Assembly: GCF_009914755.1 (NCBI RefSeq)
Contig: NC_060935.1
Source of the DNA: the human T2T-CHM13v2.0 reference genome, Homo sapiens
Length of the DNA stretch: 64,000 nucleotides
Reading direction: 5' to 3' (one strand)
Position numbers and translations under genes: made by a program. The notes under the pieces are model-generated. The model made no database searches, was not told where the DNA came from, and saw nothing but the letters and a program-made list of their open reading frames with translations. Shown here piece after piece: positions 15,784-32,124 of this stretch (position 1 is the stretch's first letter; the number at the start of each line of letters is the position of its first letter).

Positions 15784-16754
15784 TAAACCAATAGTGGGAT
15801 TAAAATTTCAACAATATCTATGATCTTCAGAATATCCATAAATGCCCAAAAATTATATGTAAAATTTTGTACATATGGATATATGTACATTTGGGAGGAG
15901 AAAGAGTTCATGACTGTTGTCAGATTGTAAAAGGGTTCCATAATCCCCCAATTCTCAGAACCATTGCTCTATTATTATACTACTAATCTCAGAACTGGCT
16001 ATTGTTTATATAATATTCACGTTTCATTAAGAGAGTGGTTTTCTCTTCAAAAGTTATAAAACTTTGCTGTGCTGGATTTTTTTTTACAGATAAGTGTTGA
16101 ACTTTCAAACAGTTTTAGGATTTACTGAGGTTAACTTTTTTTTATTGAAATGATGATATAAATTATATTTGATTATTTCTTAATCACAAACAGTATTTGC
16201 ATTCCTGTAATAAATCCTACTTGGCCATACATATATAGTTTTGGATTTAAAATGACTGCATTTTATTTCTCAATTTTGCACTTATATTTACAAGTCAGAT
16301 TGGTCTTTGAGCTTTTTTGTGTGTGTATTATATTTGCTGCTTTGAAAACAGGTATAGGTAATTGTCATAATATTAATCGGAAAACACTGCATCTTCTTCT
16401 TTGTTCTGAAACAGTTCATCTAAAGATAAATCACAAGATTTACCTGTTCCCTGAAGGAATAAATTACCTCATCCATTAAACTATCCATGTTAATGACCTT
16501 TTTCATTGTAATCTTTTGATAAAATTACTTCAAACCACTCATTTTTTATCTGTTTTATTCAAGGCTGAACCTTACATACTACTAGAAAGCATTTCATTTT
16601 AAAAATCAGACATTTATTAATATAGTAGTATTTGCTTATAATTTTAAAAGTTTCATTCCGTATCTGAGATTGACATAATTTATTCCTAAATTACATATTT
16701 TTGTTTCCTCCATTATTTCTTCATCAGATTTTCCAACAATTTATGTTTACTTAA

Positions 16755-17054
<300 letters not shown>

Positions 17055-18766
17055 ACTTAAAGTTTTCTCTACCCTCAAAATTAAAAGGAAACTAGAACAG
17101 TGATTAAGATATTATTGAGCATATTTCCATAAATTTTGTTGTATAGTAAGAAATACTTTAAGTTTAAAATTATTAGCTCAATAATTTTTATTTTTTGCTA
17201 GCATTTTGTCTATCATTTCTCTACTTTGATCTGCCATTCTATGTTCCTAGAAATTTATCTATTTTTATTTCCTGAATTTTTTATTTACTCTATAATTTTT
17301 ATCATTTCATAGTATTCCTCAATTTCTCAAACATTCTCTTAATTCAGTTTCCTTCAGTATCCAGGACTGTTTTTCACAGTCTTAATTTCCTAATGAATTG
17401 TTTTATTTCCAGGTGTATTTTTCTTACAATATATTGAACATATTTATGACTACCTATTCAACAGTATTTTGTTTTATGCTGTTGGTAGTACAGATAACAG
17501 ATGTTTACATGTTTTTCCTATTACTTACTTTTTTTTTCAGAAGAGGGCCATCTCCTTTGATATCTTAGATATGTCCCATTAGTTTAAATTGTTACATTCC
17601 TATCTCCCATGACTTTACCGTTTATTCTGAAGTACAAAAGTCTAGATCGTCTTATAATAAAACAGCAGTTTCTAATTGATATACTGTGTTTACTAATATC
17701 ATTGATCCTTTTGTTTTATTCAAAATTTTATAGGTTTCTTTGTGTGTGTGTGTGTGCATGCCTGTGTGTGAGAGACAGAGGGAGAAAGAGAGAGAGCTTG
17801 AGCATTACACTTGCTAAAATCTCCAATATTTTCCTCAAAATTATAAATTTTGGTTTTTTACTTGTTAGTGCCACAGAGCAGTCCAATTTCAGTGTGATAT
17901 GTATTATTTTAAGAAATATTTTTTTCTGCATAGATTCTGCAATGTTTTGAATATATTCTTGGAAACCAAACTGTTCATGGGGGCACACTGGTTGTTAGTC
18001 ATTCTTTGATTTTGCCTGTTGCTTCATGAGTTCTTGCTATTATCTAATTGATTTCTCTTTGCTTAGTAACATCTTCATTATCTTTCTTACTATTTATTAT
18101 TCCAGCTCCATTTGTTTGGCTCACTTTTTCAGGGACATTAATTATTTGTTAGACTGTTTTCTGCTTTTAATTTTTAATTTTTATCTTATATTCATCTATT
18201 TCCCCATTTTCTGCATCTTATAGGAGAGCACTTCAAGCCTTTCCATGTAAGTTTTCTATTTTAGGCAGAGTCAGAGTCAAATCCATTCTTTACTGTTTTC
18301 AGTAAAAGTTTTGTTTCTGCTATTGCAGTTCAGTTTCATTACAATACTTTCATAATTACATATAGCATCCTGTTTATGCCTATTTTTTAAAGGACTGCCC
18401 AAAATCTAATTTTATTTTTGCATTCTTTATAAAAAAAAGCAACTGATAATCATTTTCCTCTTAACTTTGATGACCATATTTTCAGGAACTACTGAAAGAC
18501 TTCAAGTATGTTGTTTGTAAGGAATAGTTTATAATTACTGAATTTTACATTTTTGCTTAACATACAAAATTTCTGCTTAATGTATTAAGCATATTTTTGC
18601 TTAATATGTTTTGTAAACTATAGTTAACTCTCAGAATGTCTAAAGCAAGCTACCTTTATTTTCATTAATAAAAATGAGTAATTTAAAACTCCATGCACAT
18701 GTAACATTTTAAATACCCAACTTCCTTAACATAAGGTAAAACAGTCTCAGGCAGGCTGCCACTGGT

Positions 18767-18907
18767 TTTTTTTTTTTTTTTTTTAAATTAGAGGCAGGGT
18801 CTCACCATGTTGCCCAGGTTGATCTCGAACTCCTGGGCTCAAGCAATCCTCCCATCTCAGCCTCCCAAAATGTTGAGATTACAAGTGTGAGCCACCACTC
18901 CTGGCCT
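18767..18907 (-). mobile_element. FLAM/Alu left monomer
   Basis: PolyT then single antisense monomer; inside the PHAX retrocopy 3'UTR. Confidence 0.85.
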
Positions 18908-19015
18908 GGGAAATTTTTTTAAATGTATGTGGTAATACACAGTATAGATCACATTTAGTATATGGCCAAGTTAATTAAGAAGTCAAAAAACACATTAAAT
19001 TTAAGAACAAATAGA

Positions 19016-19305
19016 CTGGTTGTGGTGGCTCACGACTGTAATCCCAGCACTTTGGGAGGCCAAGGCAAGTGGACCACCCGAAGCCAGGAGTTCTAGACTA
19101 GCCTGGCCAACATGGCAAAACTTTGTCTCTATTAAAAATACAAAAAGTAGTTAGGCATGGTGGGGCGCCCGTGATCCCAGCTACCTGGGAGGCTGAGGCA
19201 TGAGATTGCTTAAACTTGGTGGGCAGAGGTTGCAGTGAGCTGAGATTGCGCCACTGCTCTCCCCCCTGGGCAACAGACCGAGTCTCTGTCTCAAAAAAAA
19301 AAAAA
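19016..19305 (+). mobile_element. AluS/J-like
   Basis: Full Alu with polyA; TSD AAGWACAAATAG. Confidence 0.9.
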
Positions 19306-22093
19306 GTACAAATAGTTATTTGAAAAACTTCTGACATTTATTTACTTCTGGACAAACAAATAAGTGGGAAGAGCTGTCAGTATAAACCTCTTTTAATTTT
19401 AGTCTTTATCATTAAAATTGCCTGAGTTCTTAGAACACAGAACAAACAAATTTGAATGCATTTGTGACAGTTTAATAATTTGTATGTCTCATTATGATCT
19501 TTTAATAGGAAGTTTTAAAGCCAAAGCATAATTTACTGCAAAGATAAATTAGAAAAGGCAAATAAACTTTTTAATAATATGTTATAGTGACCTGGACAAA
19601 ACTGATTATTAACTAGTAATACAATAATTAGAATATGCAACCGATTGAGAAATTAAATCCTGTGCTACATACTCGTAAGTATTTTGTCAGACATGATATA
19701 TATTTAAATGTTTCTATCAATTGCATTCCTTTTGCTGCATATATCAGTTTTTATTTAAAACAAGAAAACAATTCTCTTTCCTCCAGATTCTCATGTTAAT
19801 CAGTGCAAAATATTGCAATTTTAGTAAAAATTGTTTATTACAATGTTATTTTAGAACGGCTTATTCCTTAAACTATCGAAAATGTACTTAAAAAATCCAA
19901 ATTATGAGAATGATCAACTTCAATGGCTTCCTCGACATCCAGCTTGGCTTCTCCATGTCCTTCCTGTGACTTATCAAGAGAGGCCAGGGCCTCATTTTTG
20001 TCACTTGTAAAAGTTTCTCATGATATATCATCATCTTGAAAATTTAGACTTTTAATAGCTTATTTCATTTTTTCATTGTGTTCTCTTCCTAGCAGCTTTT
20101 TAATTTTCATATTCCTTTTGATTTTCTATGTAGAAAACATCCTTAATTTGTTCCTTGCTGATACTAGGAGTGTTTTTCAAGAGATTCAGAAAATCTCCAC
20201 CTGGTGTTCTCTTCAACTACTATTCATTATAAAGAGGCCACCATTTTGTTCTACTTCAGCAGTTTCCAGCAGAACAATTGCCTTTTGTTCCCAATAATCC
20301 TCACTGCTTGAGCCATCGGATCTTTCTTTGGTTCCTGTAACCTGAATAACATTTCATCAGCCACTTTCTCTTGGGAATCTTCCTCTGTGATCTCGTATCA
20401 ACCTTTATAGTTCATTTTTGGTTCTGGTCTGTTCCCTAGCCTGTCTTTGACAGGTCATTTCCTTTTGAGATGACCTTGCCCCTTTTCCTCTTCCTTTGAT
20501 CCCATTTTTTTGTTTGTTTGTTTTTGCCACCATGCATATATTCAGCTAGTTGTTTGTCTAGCCCTTTCGTATGCTCTAGAGATTCCCTCTTAAGTTTCTT
20601 AGCAAGCAAACAATCATAGGTCTCGGATTGTCTGCTTCTGTCAATAGTGCCCTCCATTCCCAAGATACCAAGTTCAGTGGCCACTGCATCTTAATTCTGT
20701 TCCTGCAGTACAGCACCCCATATGTTGTTAACCTTCTTTCCTCCAGAAACAGGTGGTTTCTGACTGCTCTGGCCAAACTGAAAAGACTCTGGTTTGGGAG
20801 GAGAGTTTACATATTTCCATCACTTCCACTTCCAAAGACAGCTATCATCATCTGAATCAGAAAAACTCTCTTCACTTGAATCCACACTTTCAACAACTCG
20901 GTAATGTGATACTGGTGCACATGCAGTCGCCCTGCTCTGGAAGGCCCTTATAAGCACTGTCCCCACCTAGCACTTTCCACACTTGCTGCAGCCTGTTGCT
21001 GGGTGTGACCATTATGTCGGAATCTGAGTCAGGTTGGAAAGCTGCCCATCTTCCATGTCGCTGGCCTCCAACACCATCTTCCCGTGGTGCCTATGCCTAT
21101 ATTTTAGCCAACATTATTTTCATCTCTGTTGCCTAGAAAGCCTTTAAAGATGATGTTATGTGTCCCTGTGCCCCTTTAAGGTACTATGTATTTTTGTATT
21201 TTGACTTTCATTGTGATGTGTTATAATTGATTATTTAAATATTTTATCTATTAAATTCTAAGCTTCAGTGAATAATCATTGTATCATCAGTGCTGCCATA
21301 GAAATTGAATAAATACAGACTTTCCTTTTATATCATTTAAGATTCTATCTCGTTTCATAACTTTTTATCCATGAATGTTTTCCTTTGAAACTTCACTCTA
21401 ATGTTTCTTATATTTTTTATAGTTTTTTTTTGTGGGAGTCTGTTTTATTTTTTCCAATTTTCCTGTTCTTGAAAGGGAAGTAGTCAGAATCTCCTTGGAC
21501 ACAGTCACTTTCCACAGAATTGTAGTACAATACTCCTCTCCGATCTTAATTTTGAGAGTCAGTGGATTATGCAGGTACTAAGAATCAGTTGCCAATTATA
21601 GATATGCTGGACCAAAGAGGAAACTGCTAACATTGTTTCCCACAGTCTGATTTGGCAAGAAAGAATAAGTATTACGTGATTTGAAGTGGTCTACAATTCT
21701 TACGGTGAGTGAGGGGGAAAGTGCATTAAAACAACCACACCCTATAAACATTCTCACTCATCCATTCCCCTCTATTATTTCTACTTTGAATAACTTCAAA
21801 ATAAAATACGATACAAGATCAGATTTGTTTTAGTAAATAGGCTAACAAGATATAAAATGGAACGTAAAAGAGAGGAGAAAGGTGACCTATTGCTCATTTC
21901 ACTGCTTAGGTTCTGACCACGTTTTATTGTGTCTTTATTCTTAGCCAACACAAGACCCTTCCTCTTCCAGCTGAGGTGCTGACCTTGCCTCTATCCCTGA
22001 CATTAAGAGAAAATCTGAAAAACAGATTGAGAATCTGACTTCCAATCAAGAATCTCTCTCCAGGACCACAGCTGGGGATTTATGCCCATACTT

Positions 22094-23047
22094 ATGGCTA
22101 TAGGAAACTGGACAGAAATAAGTGAATTTATCCTCATGAGCTTCTCTTCCCTACCTACTGAAATACAGTCATTGCTCTTCCTGACATTTCTAACTATCTA
22201 TTTGGTTACTCTGAAGGGAAACAGCCTCATCATTCTGGTTACCCTAGCTGACCCCATGCTACACAGCCCCATGTACTTCTTCCTCAGAAACTTATCTTTC
22301 CTGGAGATTGGCTTCAACCTAGTCATTGTGCCCAAAATGCTGGGGACCCTGCTTGCCCAGGACACAACCATCTCCTTCCTTGGCTGTGCCACTCAGATGT
22401 ATTTCTTCTTCTTCTTTGGGGTAGCTGAATGCTTCCTCCTGGCTACCATGGCATATGACCGCTATGTGGCCATCTGCAGTCCCTTGCACTACCCAGTCAT
22501 CATGAACCAAAGGACACGGGCCAAACTGGCTGCTGCTTCCTGGTTCCCAGGCTTTCCTGTAGCTACTGTGCAGACCACATGGCTCTTCAGTTTTCCATTC
22601 TGTGGCACCAACAAGGTGAACCACTTCTTCTGTGACAGCCCGCCTGTGCTGAAGCTGGTCTGTGCAGACACAGCACTGTTTGAGATCTACGCCATCGTCG
22701 GAACCATTCTGGTGGTCATGATCCCCTGCTTGCTGATCTTGTGTTCCTATACTCGCATTGCTGCTGCTATCCTCAAGATCCCATCAGCTAAAGGGAAGCA
22801 TAAAGCCTTCTCTACGTGCTCCTCACACCTCCTTGTTGTCTCTCTTTTCTATATATCTTCTAGCCTCACCTACTTCTGGCCTAAATCAAATAATTCTCCT
22901 GAGAGCAAGAAGTTGTTATCATTATCCTACACTGTTGTGACTCCCATGTTGAACCCCATTATCTACAGCTTGAGAAATAGCGAGGTGAAGAATGCCCTCA
23001 GCAGGACCTTCCACAAGGTCCTAGCCCTCAGAAACTGTATCCCATAG
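22094..23047 (+). CDS. OR10A5: Olfactory receptor 10A5 (class II OR, 317 aa)
   Basis: Intronless 7TM ORF with N5 sequon NWT, LHSPMYFFL, MAYDRYVAIC, HFFCD, KAFSTCSSH, PMLNPIIYSLRN; an in-frame ATG at 22082 would add MPIL. Confidence 0.95.
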   Translation: MAIGNWTEISEFILMSFSSLPTEIQSLLFLTFLTIYLVTLKGNSLIILVTLADPMLHSPMYFFLRNLSFLEIGFNLVIVPKMLGTLLAQDTTISFLGCATQMYFFFFFGVAECFLLATMAYDRYVAICSPLHYPVIMNQRTRAKLAAASWFPGFPVATVQTTWLFSFPFCGTNKVNHFFCDSPPVLKLVCADTALFEIYAIVGTILVVMIPCLLILCSYTRIAAAILKIPSAKGKHKAFSTCSSHLLVVSLFYISSSLTYFWPKSNNSPESKKLLSLSYTVVTPMLNPIIYSLRNSEVKNALSRTFHKVLALRNCIP

Positions 23048-23982
23048 ACCTTAGGAAGTAAGGCTAAATTCTATTGAATGACAATTAGTTTCATGTTTGG
23101 GACACCTCTCTGCCTCTCTTCACATATCTGTTGGAATGAAACCCAGCTATTGAAATGGCTATTGGAAAGCTCTGTGGAGAGAAGAGAGCCCAGTGTTGGT
23201 GTAAACCTGTCATTATCATCTGCTAAATTTCTTTACCTGCCCATCGTAGACTTACTCTGTTTTTCTTATTGGTGCAATTGGCACTTTGAGACTTCTGTGG
23301 CCAAACCATTCGAGATATTTACTTTGCTAATGAGCACAAATGTGACATATATTGTGGACAATCTGAAACTACTTGTAATATGACTTTGGGGATACACAAT
23401 GGGCAAGACAATGAGAAGTATCAAATGTCATCTTGGCCATCATCTTGGTTTGGAAAATTCTGACACCATTCAGTAGAAAACCCTATAATACTTCTAGTAC
23501 ATAATTCTTGCTCTTCATTTCATTTTACATGCCCCTAAGGAAGTGTTGGCTTTTATGTTTGTTGATATTTAGCATGGATAGAGAAAATAGGATCACTAAT
23601 CCCCATACATATTCCTTTATAAGCCCAATAGCCTTAAAAGACTCCTTCCTTAGGCTATTCTTCCTAGGTAGAATAAGCTATTTCCAATTGTCTCTTGCAA
23701 ATTCAGTTTCAGGTTCTTAATCCTTGTTAAAGTAATTTCAAAATTTCACAAACATAATTTCAATCATAATGCTGCTTTTTTCAAGGCTTACAGTGGATCT
23801 TAGCTGACTCCTAATATTTGCTTAGTGCCTTTAAATTTTAAGTTTTTATATATTGTTGATATGAAAATACAAAATATCATAAAGCACAATCATTGCCATC
23901 AGAAGTTAATAATTTAGTCAACAATGGGGGATTTGTAAAAGCAAATTCATTTTACAATTAAGCAAAGTAAGATTCAAGTTCT

Positions 23983-26162
23983 TCCTCCCCAGAAGCCAAG
24001 CAGATGCCAGTGCCATGCTTTAATAGCCATCAGAACCATGAGTCAATGAAATCCTTTTTCTTTATAAATTGCCCACTGTCAGGGATTTCTTTATAGCAAC
24101 GCAAGAATGGCCTAACAGAAAATTGGTACTGGCAGTGGGGCATTGCTATAAAGATACCTGAAAATATGGAAGTAACTTTGGAACTGGGTAACGGGAAGAG
24201 GTTGGGAAGTTTGGGGGGGCTCAAAAAAGACAGAAAGATGAGGGAAAGTTTGGAACTTTAGAGACCACTTAAATGGTGGTGACCAAAATGCCAATAGTGA
24301 TATGGATGGTGAAGGCCAGGCTGCTGAGGTCTCAGAAGGAAATGAGAAGCTTATTGGGAACTGGAGCAAAAGTCACACGTGTTATGCCTTGGCAAAGATC
24401 TTGGCTGCATTCTGTTCATGCCCTAGGGATCTGTGGAAGTTTGAACTGCAGAGTGATAATTTAGGGTACCTGGTGGAGGAAATATCTAAGCAGCAAAGTG
24501 TTCAAGATGTGATCAGGCTGCATCTAACAACCTATGGTAGGATATGGGAGCAAATAAATGATTTAAAGTTGGAATTTATATTTCAAGGAGAAGCAGAGCG
24601 TAAAAGTTTGGAAAATTTACAGCCTGGCCATGTGGTAGAAAATAAAAGCCCATTTTCAGGAGAAGAATCCAAGCAGGCTTTGGAGCAGCAATTTGCTAGA
24701 GAGATTTACATAACTAAAAATGAAGCCAAGTGCTAATAGCCAAGACAATGGGGAAAAAGTCTTGAAAGAATTTCAAATACCTCTGTGACAACAACTCTCA
24801 TCATAGGCCCAGAGGTCTACGAGGGAAGAATGGTTTTTGGGTCCAGGACCAGGGCCTCATTGCCCTGTGCAGCCTCAGGATACTGCTCTCCACATCTAGG
24901 CTGCTCTGGTTCCAGCTGGGGCTCAAAGGGGCCAAGGTACACCTTGGGCCACCACTCCAGAAGGCACAGGCCAAAAGTGTTGGTGGCTTCCATTTGGTGT
25001 TAAGCTGGCAGGAACACAGTACAAGAGTGAAAGAGGCTTGGCAACCTCCACCTAGATTTCAGAAGCTGTACAAGAAAACCTGGGTACCCAGGCAGCATCC
25101 TGCTGCAGGGGTAGAACCCTCACAGAGAACCTCTACTAGGGAAGTGCTGAAGGAAAATGTGGGGTTGGAGGCCCCATACAGAGTCCTCACTGGGGAATTC
25201 CCTAATGGAGCTGTCGGAAGGGAGCCACCATCTACCAGACCCCAGAAGGATAGATCCACCAGCATCCTGCATCCCACACCTGGAAAAGCACAGAAACAGA
25301 ACTGCCCAAAGCCTTGGGAGCCTGCCCCTCACACCAATGAACCCTGGATGTGGGACATGGCATCAAAAGAGATTATTTTGGAGCTTTAAGATTTAATGAC
25401 TGCCCTCCTGGGTTTCAGACTTGCATGGGGCCTGTATCCTCTTCCTTTTGGCCCATTTCACCCCTTTGGAGTGGAAATATTTACCAATTGCCTGTACCAC
25501 CATTGTATCTTGAAAATAAATACCTTGTTTTGATTTTACAGGTTCATGACTGGAAGGAAATCACCTCCAAATGAGACTCTGTACTTGAGACTTTGGACAT
25601 GTGACTGAGGCTAAAATGAATTGAGACTTTTGGAGGACTATTGAGAAGGCATGATTGTATTTTGTGATGTGAGAAAAACATGAGATCTGAGGGGTCAGGG
25701 GAGGAATAATACAGTTGGACATCTATATTATTCCTCCCCTGACCCCTCAGATCTCATGTTTTTCTCACAATCTCATGTTGAAATCCCTCTAAATCTCATG
25801 CTGAATTATAATCCCCAGTGTTGGAGGTAGGGCCTAATAGGAGGTGTTTGGGTCACAGGGGTGGATTCCTTAGGGTTTTGTGCTATCCTCATGATAGTGA
25901 GTAAGTTTCATGAGATCTGGTTGTTTAAAAGTGTGTGATACCGCTCCACACATCTCTTGCGTCCGCTCCAGCCATGCAATATGCCTGCTCCTGCTTCACC
26001 TTTGACCATGAGTAAAAGCTCCCTGAGGCCTTTCCAGAAGCTGAGCAGATGCCAGCACCATGCTTGTACAGCCTGCAGAAACATCAGCCAATTAAACTCC
26101 TTTTCTTTGTAAATTACACAGTCTTATCTATTTCTTTATAGAAACCCAAGAATAGCCTAACA
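23983..26162 (+). mobile_element. MaLR MST element: partial 5' LTR, internal region, 3' LTR
   Basis: LTR end 23983-24117, internal from GAAAATTGGTACT to GGGGAGGAA near 25708, LTR about 25710-26162. Confidence 0.88.
25668..25769. repeat. Perfect 44-bp inverted repeat with 14-bp spacer
   Basis: 25668-25711 is the exact reverse complement of 25726-25769. Confidence 0.97.
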
Positions 26163-27082
26163 TGTTGTCATTTCTCTCTTAACTTTGCTTTTGGTAATAT
26201 TTTATTCCTCAGGCTTAGGTGTCATACTTGGGTCTACAAAAATAGTATTTTATTACTTCTATTAATGCTTCTTTACTTTCATTGTTTAATATTTAAATCT
26301 TTTTGCAATGTGGAATTTATCTGGTAGGAGGTATTTTTTTTTTCTCCAATAGCTGGCCTTATTGTCCTAACATAATTTATTTAAAAATATGTTATTTCTC
26401 CTACTAACTGGAAACATCAATATACTCTTACATATAGTTATAATATTCATAAGAATATGCTTAGGAATTCTAGATAACACTAAGAAACTTAAAATTTAAT
26501 GGTTTTAAAGTTTTCAGAAAGTTAACAATACTGTACTTATTACCATGAAGAGAGAATAGAAAATTATCAACTTCACAGGAATCTTCAAAACATGTCAACA
26601 CAATTGCAATTCATCCAACTGGGTTGCTCTAAATTTTATAAATAACTTAAAATGGTAAGGTATTTATTCTGACATTTGGCTTTGAGCAAGTTCTAGATGT
26701 ACTGGGTAGTATTTAAATAAGTGGCCCTATACTTATAAAATTAAAAGTTGTGAAAATTGCCCTAGAGGGAAAAAAGGAATAACAACGCAAATCATAACAA
26801 AATAATATTTAAGCGTTCCTTAGATGATGATATGTAAGCTAATTTTTGCAACTAGGTTAAGAGGTAGGAAAATGGCATTCTAGACTGAAAAAGATCACAG
26901 AAGTCCCAGGCGAGGAAGAACTTGGTGCATTCTGAAAGTACAAGAACACCGATATTTGCTGAAATGTTGTAAACATGGGAAAGAAAGGTGAAAAATGGCT
27001 TGATAGGTAGACAGAGGTCAGGTCATAGAGGAATTCCTTTTGAGCATGTTAAAGATTTTGGAGTTTAAACTGCACGCAATAG

Positions 27083-28578
27083 TGCACTAGTCCATTTCCA
27101 CACTGCTATAAGGAACTTCCTGAGACTGAGTAATTTACAGAGGAAAAAGGTTTAAATGACTCACAGTTCCACATGGCTGGAGAGGCCTCAGGAAACTTGC
27201 AATCATGGTGGAAGAGGAAGCAGGCATATCTTATATTGTGGCAGGGAAGAGAGAGAGAAAAGCCCAGGGGAAACTGCCATTTATTTATTTATTTATTTAT
27301 TTTTATTTTTTTTAATATTCTTTTGAGTTTTTTTAAATTTTTTATTATTATACTTTAAGTTTTAGGGTACATGTGCATAATGTGCAGGTTAGTTACATAT
27401 GTATACATGTGCCATGCTGGTGCGCTGCACCCACTAACTCGTCATCTAGCATTAGGTATATCTCCCAATGCTATCCCTCCCCCATCCCCCCACCCCACAA
27501 CAGTCCCCAGAGTGTGATGTTCCCCTTCCTGTGTCCATGTGTTCTCATTGTTCAATTCCCACCTATGAGTGAGAATATGCGGTGTTTGGTTTTTTGTTCT
27601 TGCGATAGTTTACTGAGAATGATGATTTCCAATTTCATCCATGTCCCTACAAAGGACATGAACTCATCATTCTTTATGGCTGCATAGTGTTCCATGGTGT
27701 ATATGTGCCACATTTTCTTAATCCAGTCTATCATTGTTGGACATTTGGGTTGGTTCCAAGTCTTTGCTATTGTGAATAATGCCGCAATAAACATACGTGT
27801 GCATGTGTCTTTATAGCAGCATGATTTATAGTCCTTTGGGTATATACCCAGTAATGGGATGTGAAACTGCCATTTATAAAACCATTACATCTCATGAGAA
27901 CCCCCTCACTATCACAAGAATAGCATTGGGGAAACTGCCCCCATGATCCAGTCACCTCCCACCAGGTCTCTCCCTCAACACCTGGGGATTACAATTCAAG
28001 ATGAGATTTGGGTGGGGACATGAAGTCTAATCATATCATTTCATCGAAGCCCCTCCCAAATCTTATGTCCTTACATTTCAAAACCAATCATGCCTTCCCA
28101 ACAGCCCCCCAAAGTCTTAACTGATTTCAGCATTAACTCAAAAGTCCAAGTCCAAAGTCTCATTTGAGACAAGGTAAGTCCCTTCTGCCAATGAACCTGT
28201 AAAATCAAAAGCAAGTTATTTACCCACAATGGGATATAGGCATTGTATAAATGCTTCCATTCCAAATGGAAGAAATTGGCCAAAACAAATGGCTACAGGC
28301 CCCATGCAAGTCTGAAGTCCAGTGGTGGGGGCAGCCATTAAATCTTAAAGCTCCATTAAATCTTAAAGCAGGTGAGAGAGAGAGCATGTGTCAGTGTAGG
28401 AAAAACTACCATTTATAAAACCATCAGATCTCATGAGCATTCATTCACTACCACAAGAACAGCGTTGAGGAAACTGCCCCCATAATCCAATCACTTCCCA
28501 CCAGGTCACAACCTTAAACACCTGGGGATGACAATTCAAGGTGAGATTTGGGTGAGGACACAAAGCCTAACCATATCA
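27083..28578 (-). mobile_element. MaLR MSTA-like provirus with large internal deletion
   Basis: TGCACTAGTCC...CCATATCA, 5-bp TSD AATAG both sides; full LTR, about 350 bp internal, then half LTR. Confidence 0.88.
27285..27862 (-). mobile_element. 5'-truncated young L1 (L1PA2/3-like) nested in MST LTR
   Basis: L1 3'UTR and ORF2 C-terminus (WNQPKCPTMIDWIKKMW); TSD GAAACTGCCATTTAT at 27270 and 27863; GAG, not ACA, at the Ta diagnostic site. Confidence 0.93.
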
Positions 28579-28637
28579 AATAGGTATCCATTGAAACATT
28601 TTGATTCAAGAGGGTGATTTTTAAAAATGATGGTAGC

Positions 28638-29303
<666 letters not shown>

Positions 29304-29464
29304 CTATGTTTAGTCTACCAAAGTAGATACTTGAAGACAAGGTATAACCACTGAAATAGATACTGAGAAAAAAAATTGAGTTTTACATAATAATACACTA
29401 ATATAAAAGTAAAATTTGGTTTATTTGGTGCCAAAAATCATACAAGAAGCATAGCCAAACAGGA

Positions 29465-32124
<2,660 letters not shown>

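Larger units (their letters stand above)
18384..21090 (-). pseudogene. Processed pseudogene of PHAX (phosphorylated adaptor for RNA export)
   Basis: Minus strand reads MVLEASDMEDGQLS..., SVDSSEESFSDSDDDSCLWK, ATELGILGMEGTIDRSRQSETY, ...EVDHSHNLD; intronless, ATG at 21077, CDS end near 19888, frameshifted; AATAAA (minus) 18411-18416; TSD TATGCCTATWTTTT at 18375 and 21092. Confidence 0.9.

Noticed and set aside
20436-20684. 82-aa PHAX-like ORF as a functional retrogene
   Set aside because: Non-ATG start, frameshifts and stops throughout; RNA-binding domain out of frame
22198-22671. Antisense ORFs repeated over all three OR genes
   Set aside because: Shadows of conserved OR codons; recurrence reflects paralogy, not a separate gene
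24302-25389. 144- and 131-aa ORFs similar to ORFs at 35401-36248
   Set aside because: Degenerate MaLR internal ORF remnants from independent MST and THE1 insertions, not part of the duplication
27285-27862. Possible active L1-Ta insertion
   Set aside because: GAG rather than ACA at the diagnostic site and only about 0.6 kb long
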